64,000 nucleotides of DNA from a virus. Of the stretch, positions 21,245-30,512 are shown in pieces; position 1 is the first letter of the stretch; each line of letters begins with the position of its first letter. The notes under the pieces are model-generated. The model searched no databases. It was not told the origin of the DNA and was given only the letters and a program-made list of their open reading frames with translations. The stretch lies in IMG/VR virus record IMGVR_UViG_3300025674_000015; one strand, given 5' to 3'. The position numbers were made by a program, and so were the translations under genes.

Positions 21245-21556
21245 ATGGCTAGAAAAACAGCTTTTGTTGATAAATATTTATCATCGTTTATTTCAAAAAA
21301 ATTGTTGGTTTGGATTGTCGCAACGGTCGTGTTCTTGACAACTGGTAATCTTAAATCAGGAGATTGGCTTGTAATCTCTGCTATTTACATTGGTGGGCAA
21401 TCTGTTATTGATGCGGTGAAAGCAATGAAAGGTTCGACTAACGTTACAACGAAAGTTGAAACAGCAGTGAAAACAATCTTATCCGACAAAGACAAGAAAG
21501 ATGAGAAAGGAAAAGTTCCCCTTTCTGATACAACAGGCGATACGGTGACAAAATGA
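21245..21556 (+). CDS. Holin-like membrane protein
   Basis: 103 aa, two hydrophobic helices, charged C-terminal tail. Confidence 0.5.
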   Translation: MARKTAFVDKYLSSFISKKLLVWIVATVVFLTTGNLKSGDWLVISAIYIGGQSVIDAVKAMKGSTNVTTKVETAVKTILSDKDKKDEKGKVPLSDTTGDTVTK

Positions 21557-21957
21557 GTGAGATTTGGGCAGAGGTTAAAAGAAAGTGGACAGAGTCCAAA
21601 TACTTTATAGCAATTGTTTTTGTTTTCTTGACAGTTGCTATTTTTCTTTTAACCACCAGCGATGGTCAAAAAAGATTAAGACAAATCATAAGGTCTTTGC
21701 AGAAAAGAAGAGAAGATGAATTGTATGAGATCCAAGAAAAGCAAAATCAAAAAGAAAAAGAAAAGAAAGATTTAAAAAAGAAACATGAGAAGATTTTGGA
21801 AGAGATTGGAAAAGAATACAAGATTGGAAAAGAAAACGCCAAGAAAGAATACGACAAGAAAGTTAAAAAGATCTTGAAACAAACAAAGAAAGATCCTTCC
21901 CAATTGTCCAAAAGATTGGCAGACGAATTTGGTCTTGATTACAAGGAGGGGGAATGA
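21553..21957 (+). CDS. Membrane-anchored coiled-coil protein (i-spanin-like)
   Basis: N-terminal TM (YFIAIVFVFLTVAIFLL) followed by charged coiled coil. Confidence 0.45.
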   Translation: MSEIWAEVKRKWTESKYFIAIVFVFLTVAIFLLTTSDGQKRLRQIIRSLQKRREDELYEIQEKQNQKEKEKKDLKKKHEKILEEIGKEYKIGKENAKKEYDKKVKKILKQTKKDPSQLSKRLADEFGLDYKEGE

Positions 21958-22394
21958 TTACCTTTAAACGCGTTTTAAGCACCATTCTAGCCACTTTCAT
22001 CACAATTTCGCCCTGCTATGCCAATAAGTCCACAAGACTCCAAAAAGGGGCAAAAGCGCCCTTCTCTGGAACGCTCTTGGATGATGAAGCAGTGGCAAAG
22101 ATTTTGGCAAAACAAGATTACTTGAAAAAAAGCTTGAAGCTGGATTGTTCTTATCAAAAACAAAAAGAAAAAGCAAAGCTTCAGTTGAAGATTGATCAAT
22201 GCAAAGTAGATTTCAAAATTGAAAAAGAATTGAGAAAAAACTTAAGAAAGATTGATCAAGAAGAGATCACAAGATTAAGAAAGATTGCAAAGCCGCAAAA
22301 CAATTGGACACCACTTTGGATCACAATTGGCTTTGTCGCAGGAGCAGGTACAACAATTTTAATTCTCTATGGAATACAAGGAATTCAAAAGTGA
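21954..22394 (+). CDS. Secreted coiled-coil protein with C-terminal TM (spanin-like)
   Basis: Signal-peptide-like N-terminus, coiled coil, C-terminal WITIGFVAGAGTTILILYGI. Confidence 0.4.
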   Translation: MITFKRVLSTILATFITISPCYANKSTRLQKGAKAPFSGTLLDDEAVAKILAKQDYLKKSLKLDCSYQKQKEKAKLQLKIDQCKVDFKIEKELRKNLRKIDQEEITRLRKIAKPQNNWTPLWITIGFVAGAGTTILILYGIQGIQK

Positions 22395-22846
22395 AGATCA
22401 GAAAAGAAACCATTTTCAAGATCATCAAAGAAGAGATCGAAAGAGAGCTTTCAAAAGAAGAAAAGCACAAGATTGTTTCTTTTGATTTTGATGATACTTT
22501 AACCTTTGCTCCGTTTGATCCAGAAGAAGAAGATTTTGTTTACAAAGGGCCTCACAAAGAAATGCTGAATAAGATTAGAGGCTATATTGAAGATCCAGAA
22601 GTTGTCGTTTATATTGTAACAAGCAGAAAGCAAGGTGGCATGGGAGAAGTTAAAGAGTTTGTAGAAAAATATAAATTAAAAGTTGACGGCATTTATTACA
22701 CAGACGGAGATTGGAAAGCCCCAACTTTGAAAGATTTGGGTGTGACTTTGCATCATGACGACGATAGTGAAGAGAATAAAAGAGCAGAAGCAGTAGGAAT
22801 CCAAACAGTTCCAAGTAATCCATATGGTGATTACGGCACATTTTAA
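22391..22846 (+). CDS. HAD-superfamily phosphatase with leader
   Basis: SFDFDDTL (motif I), IVTSR, K, HHDDD (motif IV); GTG start overlaps upstream stop. Confidence 0.75.
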   Translation: MKIRKETIFKIIKEEIERELSKEEKHKIVSFDFDDTLTFAPFDPEEEDFVYKGPHKEMLNKIRGYIEDPEVVVYIVTSRKQGGMGEVKEFVEKYKLKVDGIYYTDGDWKAPTLKDLGVTLHHDDDSEENKRAEAVGIQTVPSNPYGDYGTF

Positions 22847-22873
22847 AGCAACAGGCCAATGGAGAAGTTATAG

Positions 22874-23668
22874 ATGAAAAGTCATAATAGCAATATAAAA
22901 ATTAAAAAGAATCTTCTCTTCAAAATTTTGAAAGAAGAAATCAAAAAAGAACTTTTGAAAGAAGGTGTTTTAAGGATTCAAGATTATATTTCAAATGAAA
23001 ATTTGAAATTGATTGAAGATACGTTTCGCAACCTTTTAAATACATATTTAACTTCCGATAGAGAAGAAAGCCTTTATTGGAATGTTGAGAAATTTGAATT
23101 TATAAATGTTGCCGGAGAGGAGGAGGTTGTTGACTTGATGCTTTCCGTTGGTCGGCCACCAAGAGGAATGGAAGGGGCTGTTGCATATCTAGATGCTAGG
23201 CCCAGTATTGGCTATTACCACTTAGCAATGTGTGTGTTAAACAAGGAAGATTATGATATAGAGGACGGTATTGATACCATGATTAATCATGAATTAATTC
23301 ACTTGATAGATTCAAAATATTTTAAACGAAAAGACAGGAAAAAAGCTTACTTAGCTAGGCGAGAAGAAATTTTAGCTTTTTCTAGTCAGATATATAAACA
23401 GGTTGTTGACTTTTTAAATTCGGAAGATGAGCAGGACAAAGATTATTTGAATATTTTGCTTAATCTTTATAAAGATGGTGCGATAAAACAATTACAATTA
23501 TTTAAAGCTATATTAAAGACTAGTCAACAGCTTGGAGCGATAGGCAAAGATCCCAGATTTATAAAATCTATAATGCATCAACACACAATGAAAGATAAGC
23601 AACCTTATTTAAAACATCTTTACAAAAAATTGTGGCCATTGATTCAAAAGAAACTTAAGGAGGTTTAA
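22874..23668 (+). CDS. Putative zinc metallopeptidase with leader
   Basis: INHELIH (HExxH) plus downstream EEILAF. Confidence 0.55.
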   Translation: MKSHNSNIKIKKNLLFKILKEEIKKELLKEGVLRIQDYISNENLKLIEDTFRNLLNTYLTSDREESLYWNVEKFEFINVAGEEEVVDLMLSVGRPPRGMEGAVAYLDARPSIGYYHLAMCVLNKEDYDIEDGIDTMINHELIHLIDSKYFKRKDRKKAYLARREEILAFSSQIYKQVVDFLNSEDEQDKDYLNILLNLYKDGAIKQLQLFKAILKTSQQLGAIGKDPRFIKSIMHQHTMKDKQPYLKHLYKKLWPLIQKKLKEV

Positions 23669-24039
23669 TGAAAGATCAAAATTATGTTGTAAAAGTAGAA
23701 AAAGCTATTTCAGAAAAATGGGGCTCAGAAGCTATTCAAAACCCAAAAGCAAATTGGGACAAAGAAAAAGAAAAAGAATATCTAGAAGAGTTGAAAAGAC
23801 TTGAAGAAAAGAAGAACTTTGATAACGAGCATGAAATAGAAAAGAACGGGTTTTTAATTAAATCAAATCTAATTAATAAAAAGAAAGACAAAAGAGAATG
23901 TGAAGCATGTGGAATATTTTCTTTTGATAACAAAGATAACCTTTACCTTTCAAAGTTTGGAACTTGTTGGAAATGTTGGATTCAATGGGTTGAAGGAAGA
24001 GAAGAAAGGTGGAAAAAAGGATGGAGACCAAACAAATGA
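23668..24039 (+). CDS. Hypothetical protein with CxxC...CxxC
   Basis: CEAC and CWKC; AGGAGG RBS. Confidence 0.65.
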   Translation: MKDQNYVVKVEKAISEKWGSEAIQNPKANWDKEKEKEYLEELKRLEEKKNFDNEHEIEKNGFLIKSNLINKKKDKRECEACGIFSFDNKDNLYLSKFGTCWKCWIQWVEGREERWKKGWRPNK

Positions 24040-25226
24040 AATTGACAAGAAAAATCTTGAAAGAGATGATTGAAGAAGTGATCAAGGAAGCAGCGCCAAA
24101 CAAAACAGCTAGGAGGAAAGATCCAGCGCAGATGAAGAGGGAAAAGGACTACGCCGCCGCGGTCGCGTCGAAGAACCCTGAGACCTGGGCCAAATCAGAC
24201 CGCCTTGTCGGTGATCTGGCCGTGAAGAATATCCGTGGAATTTCTTTTATCGGCAACCTTATGACCGTCCCAAAGGGCTCCACCGGAATACCGGAAGATT
24301 TAAAAACAAAAATGCTTAATGATTTAAGCGGCTCGAAGATTTTAGAGGCCATGGCGGGGTATAAATTGGTCTACGGAGAGCCGACGGATGAAGTTGAACT
24401 AATTTTTGTTGCTTTATTCCATCTTAACCGCGCTATCAAACAAAGTAAAGGAACAGATATTATATATGGCTTTAACCTTCTGAATTATGGGGGAAATTAT
24501 TTCACAGATGTTTTTAATAAGATTTCAAAAAGAGGTAGAGTGATTCTTTTTGATATTTTAAGAAAAGCCGGGCTTCCTTTGTCTAAAATTGTAAAAGATC
24601 CAAATGTGGCTAAACATCTTTCCCATACTTCACGCAGGAAAACTAGTATTCCACGCAAGAGAGTCAGGAAATCTGCAAGCAGGTACAGAAATAGAGCCTA
24701 CGTCGGAGCAGTTCAAAAAATTGTTAATTTGTTTGTTAAGGCTGGACAAATTGATACTCCACTCTTAACAGTTGACCGGTCTTATGGCCCCAAAACTAGG
24801 ACAGGTGTTAAAGCACTTCAGAGGAAATTGGGAGTTAAGCCCGATCGGTACTTCGGACCGAAAACTGCATGCGCTTTAAGTTCTCTTCTGCAAAGAGAAT
24901 ATACACATGACTCTGAATATCAGACGAAAGATAAGAAATGGCGGTCAGAAAATTGCAAGAGTCCCAGATGGGTTATAACATTAGCCTTTGACACCGCGCT
25001 GGAGGACATGTTGAAACGCAGCAAACAAAAAAAGAAAGCCGGCCCGCCCCCGTTCAACAAGGAAGATGGCAAGGCAAGACAACTTGGTGATCTTTTCGGC
25101 TTCCATGCCGCGCATGGCGTGGATGCGGCAGGACGACCACTTCCCCCGCCACCTCCCAAGGAGAAAGATGCCAAGCGAGCTGATGATCTTCTCGCCCGTC
25201 AACGCGCACAGAAGCAGCGGCGCTGA
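24036..25226 (+). CDS. Leader-bearing protein with peptidoglycan-binding domain
   Basis: MKLTRKILKEMIEEV leader; VDRSYGPKT..VKALQRKLGVKPDRYFGPKT PG_binding_1-like repeat. Confidence 0.65.
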   Translation: MKLTRKILKEMIEEVIKEAAPNKTARRKDPAQMKREKDYAAAVASKNPETWAKSDRLVGDLAVKNIRGISFIGNLMTVPKGSTGIPEDLKTKMLNDLSGSKILEAMAGYKLVYGEPTDEVELIFVALFHLNRAIKQSKGTDIIYGFNLLNYGGNYFTDVFNKISKRGRVILFDILRKAGLPLSKIVKDPNVAKHLSHTSRRKTSIPRKRVRKSASRYRNRAYVGAVQKIVNLFVKAGQIDTPLLTVDRSYGPKTRTGVKALQRKLGVKPDRYFGPKTACALSSLLQREYTHDSEYQTKDKKWRSENCKSPRWVITLAFDTALEDMLKRSKQKKKAGPPPFNKEDGKARQLGDLFGFHAAHGVDAAGRPLPPPPPKEKDAKRADDLLARQRAQKQRR

Positions 25227-25296
25227 TCTCCACGCAGACGGAGAAGGTCTCCACGAATCTGGGTATGGACTTATAACTAAAGGAAATAAAAAAAAC

Positions 25297-25815
25297 ATGC
25301 AAGCAAAAGAACTAGAAATCATCAGAGGAATCGCCCAAGCAGCTTCCATGGGTTACGATGGAGCTTTGGACGATGAAGGAAAGCCAATCAAAATTGGCTT
25401 GAAAAGAGACGAAGGAAATCCCATTGTTGACAGCCGACACATGGATGGCTTCAAAATTTCCTTCAAAGGTCCGGTCCTTTGTTTGAAATATCAAACAGAA
25501 GTAAAACTAAAAGACGTTCATCAAAAAGGATTTGAAAACGAAATCAGATCCACAATGAATTCAATTGCTTCTTTCCTTAAAAAAGAATACAAAAAAGTAA
25601 CAAAGAAAAACCTTAATTTAACTTCAATGGGCGAACCAAAGATTGACATTCAAAGAATTTCAAGTGTTCGTTCTGATCTTCATGCTTTCCAAGAGTTCAA
25701 AATTGGTGGCTTGACAAACACTTTGAAATATGGGCATTTAGAGTCCAAAGAAGAAAACGAAAGAAAGATTGAAGATTCAATCCGCAAATTTCTTGAATTA
25801 GGGAGAAAGAAATGA
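25297..25815 (+). CDS. Hypothetical protein
   Basis: ATG after AAGGA; codon style matches core genes. Confidence 0.65.
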   Translation: MQAKELEIIRGIAQAASMGYDGALDDEGKPIKIGLKRDEGNPIVDSRHMDGFKISFKGPVLCLKYQTEVKLKDVHQKGFENEIRSTMNSIASFLKKEYKKVTKKNLNLTSMGEPKIDIQRISSVRSDLHAFQEFKIGGLTNTLKYGHLESKEENERKIEDSIRKFLELGRKK

Positions 25816-26837
25816 AAAAGAACATTTTAGAAGAAGCCTTGAGAAAGCAAATTAGAGAGATCCTTAGTGAAGAAGTGATGTTGGAGCAGCCATTTCCCGG
25901 GCTGGCCCGACCCCCGCGCAAGGGCGAACGAAACATACCCGCCAAGGCAGCACCGGCCAAGGCAGCGCCCGCAAAAGCAGCGCCCGCAAAAGCAGCGCCG
26001 GCCAAGGCAGCGCCCGCAAAAGCAGCGCCGGCCAAGAAAGCACCGAAGAAAGCACGGAAGAAAAAGTCTAGATATCGAGACATAGATTATGTCCAAGCGG
26101 TTAGTGACATTGCAAACAAATATGGCGAAGGAATAAGTATCTTCGAAGATCCTTCTCAAGGTCTATATCGCGACTTAGAACGTGAGACTTATGATAAAAA
26201 ACTCAAAAAAAGCGTAATAAAATTACAAAAAAAATTGGGTCTTAGAGGTCGTGAAGTAGATGGTTGGTTCGGGCCTAAAACGGCTTGTGTGCTTAAGATG
26301 AGCTCATTCGTCAAGAGGTTTAAATACAAGATTAATGTAGGCTGTTTTAAAAAAGAATGGGTCATGAAATTAGCCGATTATCTTCGCGAAGAAGAGCAGG
26401 CAAATGCCAGAAAAGGTGCAAGTAAATCAAAGCCTAAAAAAGCTAAAGCCTCTTTTAATGCATATTATAATCAATTTATGCGTTGGAAAAAAAGAATTTC
26501 TAGAATTCAAATTCTAGCAATGAATGGGATTCACAAGGTCACCGACTTTGGCGTCCGGTCAGAATTGAGCGAAATACGAGCTAGCCTCGAAAGATTAAAG
26601 AGGAAAGCGGTAGCAGATAACAAATTAGAAAATCGAGAATCGTTAATACAACAGATTTCAGACGAAATCATCGTAGTTGATGATATGCTAAAAGATCCCT
26701 CTAATTATGATTCTAGTATCAAACCGAGAGGTTACAAAACTGCTAAAAAATCTAAAATAAAAGAATCCAAATTCTCCAATGACAAAGAACTTCAAAATCT
26801 AATGGAATCGTTCAAAAAATTTACAAGGAATGACTAA
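25812..26837 (+). CDS. Leader-bearing protein with AKAAP repeats and peptidoglycan-binding motif
   Basis: LRKQIREILSEE leader; (AKAAP)x6; LQKKLGL...VDGWFGPKT. Confidence 0.65.
   Translation: MKKNILEEALRKQIREILSEEVMLEQPFPGLARPPRKGERNIPAKAAPAKAAPAKAAPAKAAPAKAAPAKAAPAKKAPKKARKKKSRYRDIDYVQAVSDIANKYGEGISIFEDPSQGLYRDLERETYDKKLKKSVIKLQKKLGLRGREVDGWFGPKTACVLKMSSFVKRFKYKINVGCFKKEWVMKLADYLREEEQANARKGASKSKPKKAKASFNAYYNQFMRWKKRISRIQILAMNGIHKVTDFGVRSELSEIRASLERLKRKAVADNKLENRESLIQQISDEIIVVDDMLKDPSNYDSSIKPRGYKTAKKSKIKESKFSNDKELQNLMESFKKFTRND
25941..26030 (+). repeat. 15-bp tandem repeat x6 encoding AKAAP
   Basis: GCMAARGCAGCRCCS units read directly. Confidence 0.9.
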
Positions 26838-26843
26838 ACTTGA

Positions 26844-28436
26844 ATGGGAAAATACAAACTAACCAAAAAACAAGTCAAACAAGAGATATTGAAATGCGGA
26901 AAAGATCCAGATTACTTTATCAAAAACTACGCTAGAATATCTCACCCCCTCAAGGGATTGATCCCTTTCCACACCTTTCCTTTCCAAGCACAGCTTTTAA
27001 AAGACTTTAACAGATACAGATTTAATATTATCCTAAAAGCTAGGCAGTTGGGTATTTCAACAATCTCTGCTGCTTATGTTTCTTGGTTAATGTTGTTTCA
27101 CAAAGAAAAGAACGTTTTGGTTATTGCAACGCAGTTCAAAACAGCAAAGAACTTGGTTCGCAAAGTAAAGCAAATAATGAAAAACGTTCCGGACTGGTTA
27201 AGGATCGCAACAATCAAGATCGACAACCAAGCTTCGTTTGAGCTTTCGAATGGTTCGCAGATCAAAGCAACATCGACTAGTTCGGATGCTGGGCGTTCTG
27301 AAGCGCTTTCTCTTTTGGTTGTTGACGAAGCTGCACACATTGAAAACATGGATGAGCTTTGGGCTGGTCTTTATCCTACAATCTCAACTGGTGGTCGCGT
27401 TATCGCTCTTTCAACTCCAAAAGGTGTTGGAAACTGGTTTCACAAAACTTGCTCAGAATCAATGCAAGAAAAAAACGACTTTTATTTAACAACTCTTCCA
27501 TGGGATGTTCACCCTGAAAGAGACCAAAAGTGGTTTGAAAAAGAAACCAGAAACATGACAAAAAGAGAGATCGCACAGGAATTGCTTTGCAACTTCAATG
27601 CTTCTGGTGAAACAGTGATTCATTCAGATGACCTAGAATTAATTGAACAAAAGATATGCGCTCCAAAATACAAAACCGGCTTTGATCGGAATTATTGGAT
27701 CTGGGAAGAATACAAATCAGGAAACACTTATCTTCTTTCTGCTGACGTTTCTAGAGGCGATGGAAAAGACTTTTCTGTTTTTCACATTATAAAATTAGAC
27801 ACAATGGAGATTGTGGCAGAATATCAAGGAAAAATGCAACCAGATCAATACGCTCCCTTTTTAGCTTCTGCCGGGAGAGAATATGGGAATTGCATGTTGG
27901 TTGTTGAGAACAACAACATTGGATATGGTGTTTTGGAAAAGCTTATGGATTTAGATTATCCAAACCTTTATTACTCTATCAAATCAACTCACGAATATAT
28001 CGATGCTGTTAGTGCAATTGGCAACTCAAATTCAGTTCCGGGCTTTACTACCAGTATGAAAACAAGACCATTAATTATTGCGAAGCTGGAAGAATTCGTT
28101 AGAAACAAACTAATTAATCTTAAGTCTATGCGCCTTTTGCAAGAGTTGAGAACGTTTGTTTGGAACAACGGAAGGCCGGAAGCAATGCGAGGATATAACG
28201 ATGATTTGGTTATGTCTTTGGCAATTGCTTGTTGGATTAGGGACACTGCCCTAGTTAAAAGCAAAAAAGATAGAGATTACAACAAAGCAATGTTAGATGC
28301 TTTGTTTGTTTCAAACACAAAATTAAACACTCAAATTAAAGGCATGGATGGATACAATAAAAAAGAAGATTTTATCTCAACTATGATTGAAGAAAAGAAA
28401 AATCAAAAAGAATTCTTTTGGATCTACAAAGGCTAA
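26844..28436 (+). CDS. terL: Terminase large subunit
   Basis: LKARQLGIST Walker A, VVDEAA Walker B, LSTPKG, SADVSRG and NDDLVM nuclease motifs. Confidence 0.95.
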   Translation: MGKYKLTKKQVKQEILKCGKDPDYFIKNYARISHPLKGLIPFHTFPFQAQLLKDFNRYRFNIILKARQLGISTISAAYVSWLMLFHKEKNVLVIATQFKTAKNLVRKVKQIMKNVPDWLRIATIKIDNQASFELSNGSQIKATSTSSDAGRSEALSLLVVDEAAHIENMDELWAGLYPTISTGGRVIALSTPKGVGNWFHKTCSESMQEKNDFYLTTLPWDVHPERDQKWFEKETRNMTKREIAQELLCNFNASGETVIHSDDLELIEQKICAPKYKTGFDRNYWIWEEYKSGNTYLLSADVSRGDGKDFSVFHIIKLDTMEIVAEYQGKMQPDQYAPFLASAGREYGNCMLVVENNNIGYGVLEKLMDLDYPNLYYSIKSTHEYIDAVSAIGNSNSVPGFTTSMKTRPLIIAKLEEFVRNKLINLKSMRLLQELRTFVWNNGRPEAMRGYNDDLVMSLAIACWIRDTALVKSKKDRDYNKAMLDALFVSNTKLNTQIKGMDGYNKKEDFISTMIEEKKNQKEFFWIYKG

Positions 28437-28439
28437 TAA

Positions 28440-30512
28440 ATGAGTAATCAAAACAAAAAACAAAACAAACAAGAAAACAACCCTAGAAATGCTAGTTCTG
28501 TTCTCTATAAAAGGCTCACGCGCCTTTTGTCTGGCCCTCTGAATATATACAGAGCGCAAGATTATAGAAAACAAAAGCCTCATCAAATGGATAAGTACGG
28601 CTCCCTGTTCAAATCAGCGAGCGGTCAAGCGTTCAAGAAATCTTCATACGATCCCTTTAGCAATGTAAAGATCAATTACATCTCAAACCAAAACCGTTCT
28701 GAAAGATATGCAGATTTTGATCAAATGGAATACACTCCGGAGATCGCTTCGGCAATGGACATTTATGCAGATGAAATGACAACGCACACACTCACTGGAA
28801 AAATGCTGAAGATTGAAAGTAGAAATGAAGAAATCAGAACAATCTTGAATAACCTTTATGATAATGTTTTGAATGTTGAGTTTAACCTTTTTGGGTGGTG
28901 TCGCTCCATGTGTAAGTATGGAGATTTCTTTCTTTATTTGGATATTGATGATGCCTTGGGCGTTACAAATGTTATTGGTCTTCCTTCCATGGAAGTTGAA
29001 AGATTGGAAGGCGAAGATGAAACAAACCCAAATTATATTCAGTTTCAGTGGAACCAAGGTGGAATGACTTTTGAAAATTGGCAGGTTGCTCATTTTCGAA
29101 TCTTAGGAAACGACAAGTACGCTCCTTATGGCACCTCTATCTTGGAGCCAGCAAGAAGAATCTGGAGACAACTAACTCTTTTAGAAGATGCAATGATGGC
29201 ATATAGGATTGTTAGATCTCCAGAAAGAAGATTGTTCAAGATTGAGGTTGGTGGCATTGCACCAGAAGATGTTCCGCAATACATGGAAAGAGTTCAAACT
29301 CAATTAAAAAGAAATTCAATTATTGATTCTTCTACCGGTCGAGTTGATCTTCGTTATAACCCTCTCTCTGTTGAAGAAGATTACTTTCTTCCTATGAGAA
29401 ATGGAGTTGGCTCTGATATTGGTACATTGGCCGGCGGAACTTACACTGGCGATATTGATGATGTAAAATATCTTAGAGATAAGCTTTTCTCTGCCTTGAA
29501 GGTTCCGCAGTCTTATCTTTCTAGAGGTGAAGGTTCTGAAGAAGACAAAACAACATTGGCTCAAAAAGATGTTCGATTTGCAAGAACGATTCAACGACTT
29601 CAAAGATCTGTGATTTCAGAATTAGAAAAGGTTGGAGTTGTTCATCTTTATACTTTGGGCTATCGCGGAGATGATCTGATCAATTTTAAAATTGCCCTGA
29701 ACAACCCTTCGAAGATTTCTGAACTTCAAGAACTGGAACATTGGAGAACCAAATTTGATGTTGCTGCCGCTGCAACCGAAGGTTTCTTTTCAAAAAGATG
29801 GGTTGCAACAAATATGTTTGGCATGAGTGAGGGTGAATACCTTCGAAACATTCGCGAAATGTTCTATGACCGTCAAGTATCTGCTCAATTGGAACTTGAA
29901 ACACAAGCTGCTTCAGCTATTGGCGGAGGGGGCTTTGGAGGCGATATGGGAGGCGATCTCGGCGGAGGTGACCTAGGAGGTGACATGGGTGGAGATCTTG
30001 GCGCAGAAGGCCCCGGAGAAGGCTTGGGAGGCGAACCCGGAGGTGATCTAGGAGGAGATCTTGGTGGAGAAGCTCCAACACCCGAGCCCGGAGGCGGTGA
30101 AGCTGCCGGAGGGGGTGAAGCTGGTGGAGAAACTGATCTTCTCGCAGCGCCACCAGCAAAAAGGGATATTCCACCACCAGTCTATGACCATTCAATCTCT
30201 GGCTTGTCAAAGAAAAGAAGAATGCTGGATGAAGACGACGAAGATTATGATCGCTCAAAAGGTAAAAAGTATACTCCAGTTCGTCATGATAAAAGAACAT
30301 CTTCTGCGCCTAGGAAGAAAAGCTTTGATAAGCTTTACAACAAATCGGCAACAAAATCAACTAGACGAAATCTTTATCCCGGACTTTCTGGCTTAACTCA
30401 GCAAAGTTTGGGCATTTTTGAAAATGCCATGGCTTCCGAAGAAGAGAAGATCTTATCTACAAGCAAGGAACTAGTTAAACTCACTGAACAATTGGAGAAA
30501 ACTAAAAAATGA
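28440..30512 (+). CDS. Portal protein (T4 gp20-like) with Gly-rich C-terminal extension
   Basis: LEDAMMAYRIVRSPERR, EEDYFLPMR, DDVKYLRDKLFSALKVP. Confidence 0.92.
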   Translation: MSNQNKKQNKQENNPRNASSVLYKRLTRLLSGPLNIYRAQDYRKQKPHQMDKYGSLFKSASGQAFKKSSYDPFSNVKINYISNQNRSERYADFDQMEYTPEIASAMDIYADEMTTHTLTGKMLKIESRNEEIRTILNNLYDNVLNVEFNLFGWCRSMCKYGDFFLYLDIDDALGVTNVIGLPSMEVERLEGEDETNPNYIQFQWNQGGMTFENWQVAHFRILGNDKYAPYGTSILEPARRIWRQLTLLEDAMMAYRIVRSPERRLFKIEVGGIAPEDVPQYMERVQTQLKRNSIIDSSTGRVDLRYNPLSVEEDYFLPMRNGVGSDIGTLAGGTYTGDIDDVKYLRDKLFSALKVPQSYLSRGEGSEEDKTTLAQKDVRFARTIQRLQRSVISELEKVGVVHLYTLGYRGDDLINFKIALNNPSKISELQELEHWRTKFDVAAAATEGFFSKRWVATNMFGMSEGEYLRNIREMFYDRQVSAQLELETQAASAIGGGGFGGDMGGDLGGGDLGGDMGGDLGAEGPGEGLGGEPGGDLGGDLGGEAPTPEPGGGEAAGGGEAGGETDLLAAPPAKRDIPPPVYDHSISGLSKKRRMLDEDDEDYDRSKGKKYTPVRHDKRTSSAPRKKSFDKLYNKSATKSTRRNLYPGLSGLTQQSLGIFENAMASEEEKILSTSKELVKLTEQLEKTKK
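29922..30130 (+). repeat. Low-complexity GGD(L/M)GG / GGE repeats within the portal
   Basis: GC-rich imperfect repeats. Confidence 0.8.

Noticed and set aside
25066-25296. N-terminal extension of ORF 25066 and hairpin TCTCC..GGAGA at about 25227-25244
   Set aside because: The extension overlaps the upstream gene and a better RBS precedes ATG 25297; the hairpin is short and lacks a U tract
25941-30130. Tandem repeats as a possible CRISPR array
   Set aside because: In-frame coding repeats with no unique spacers and no cas genes
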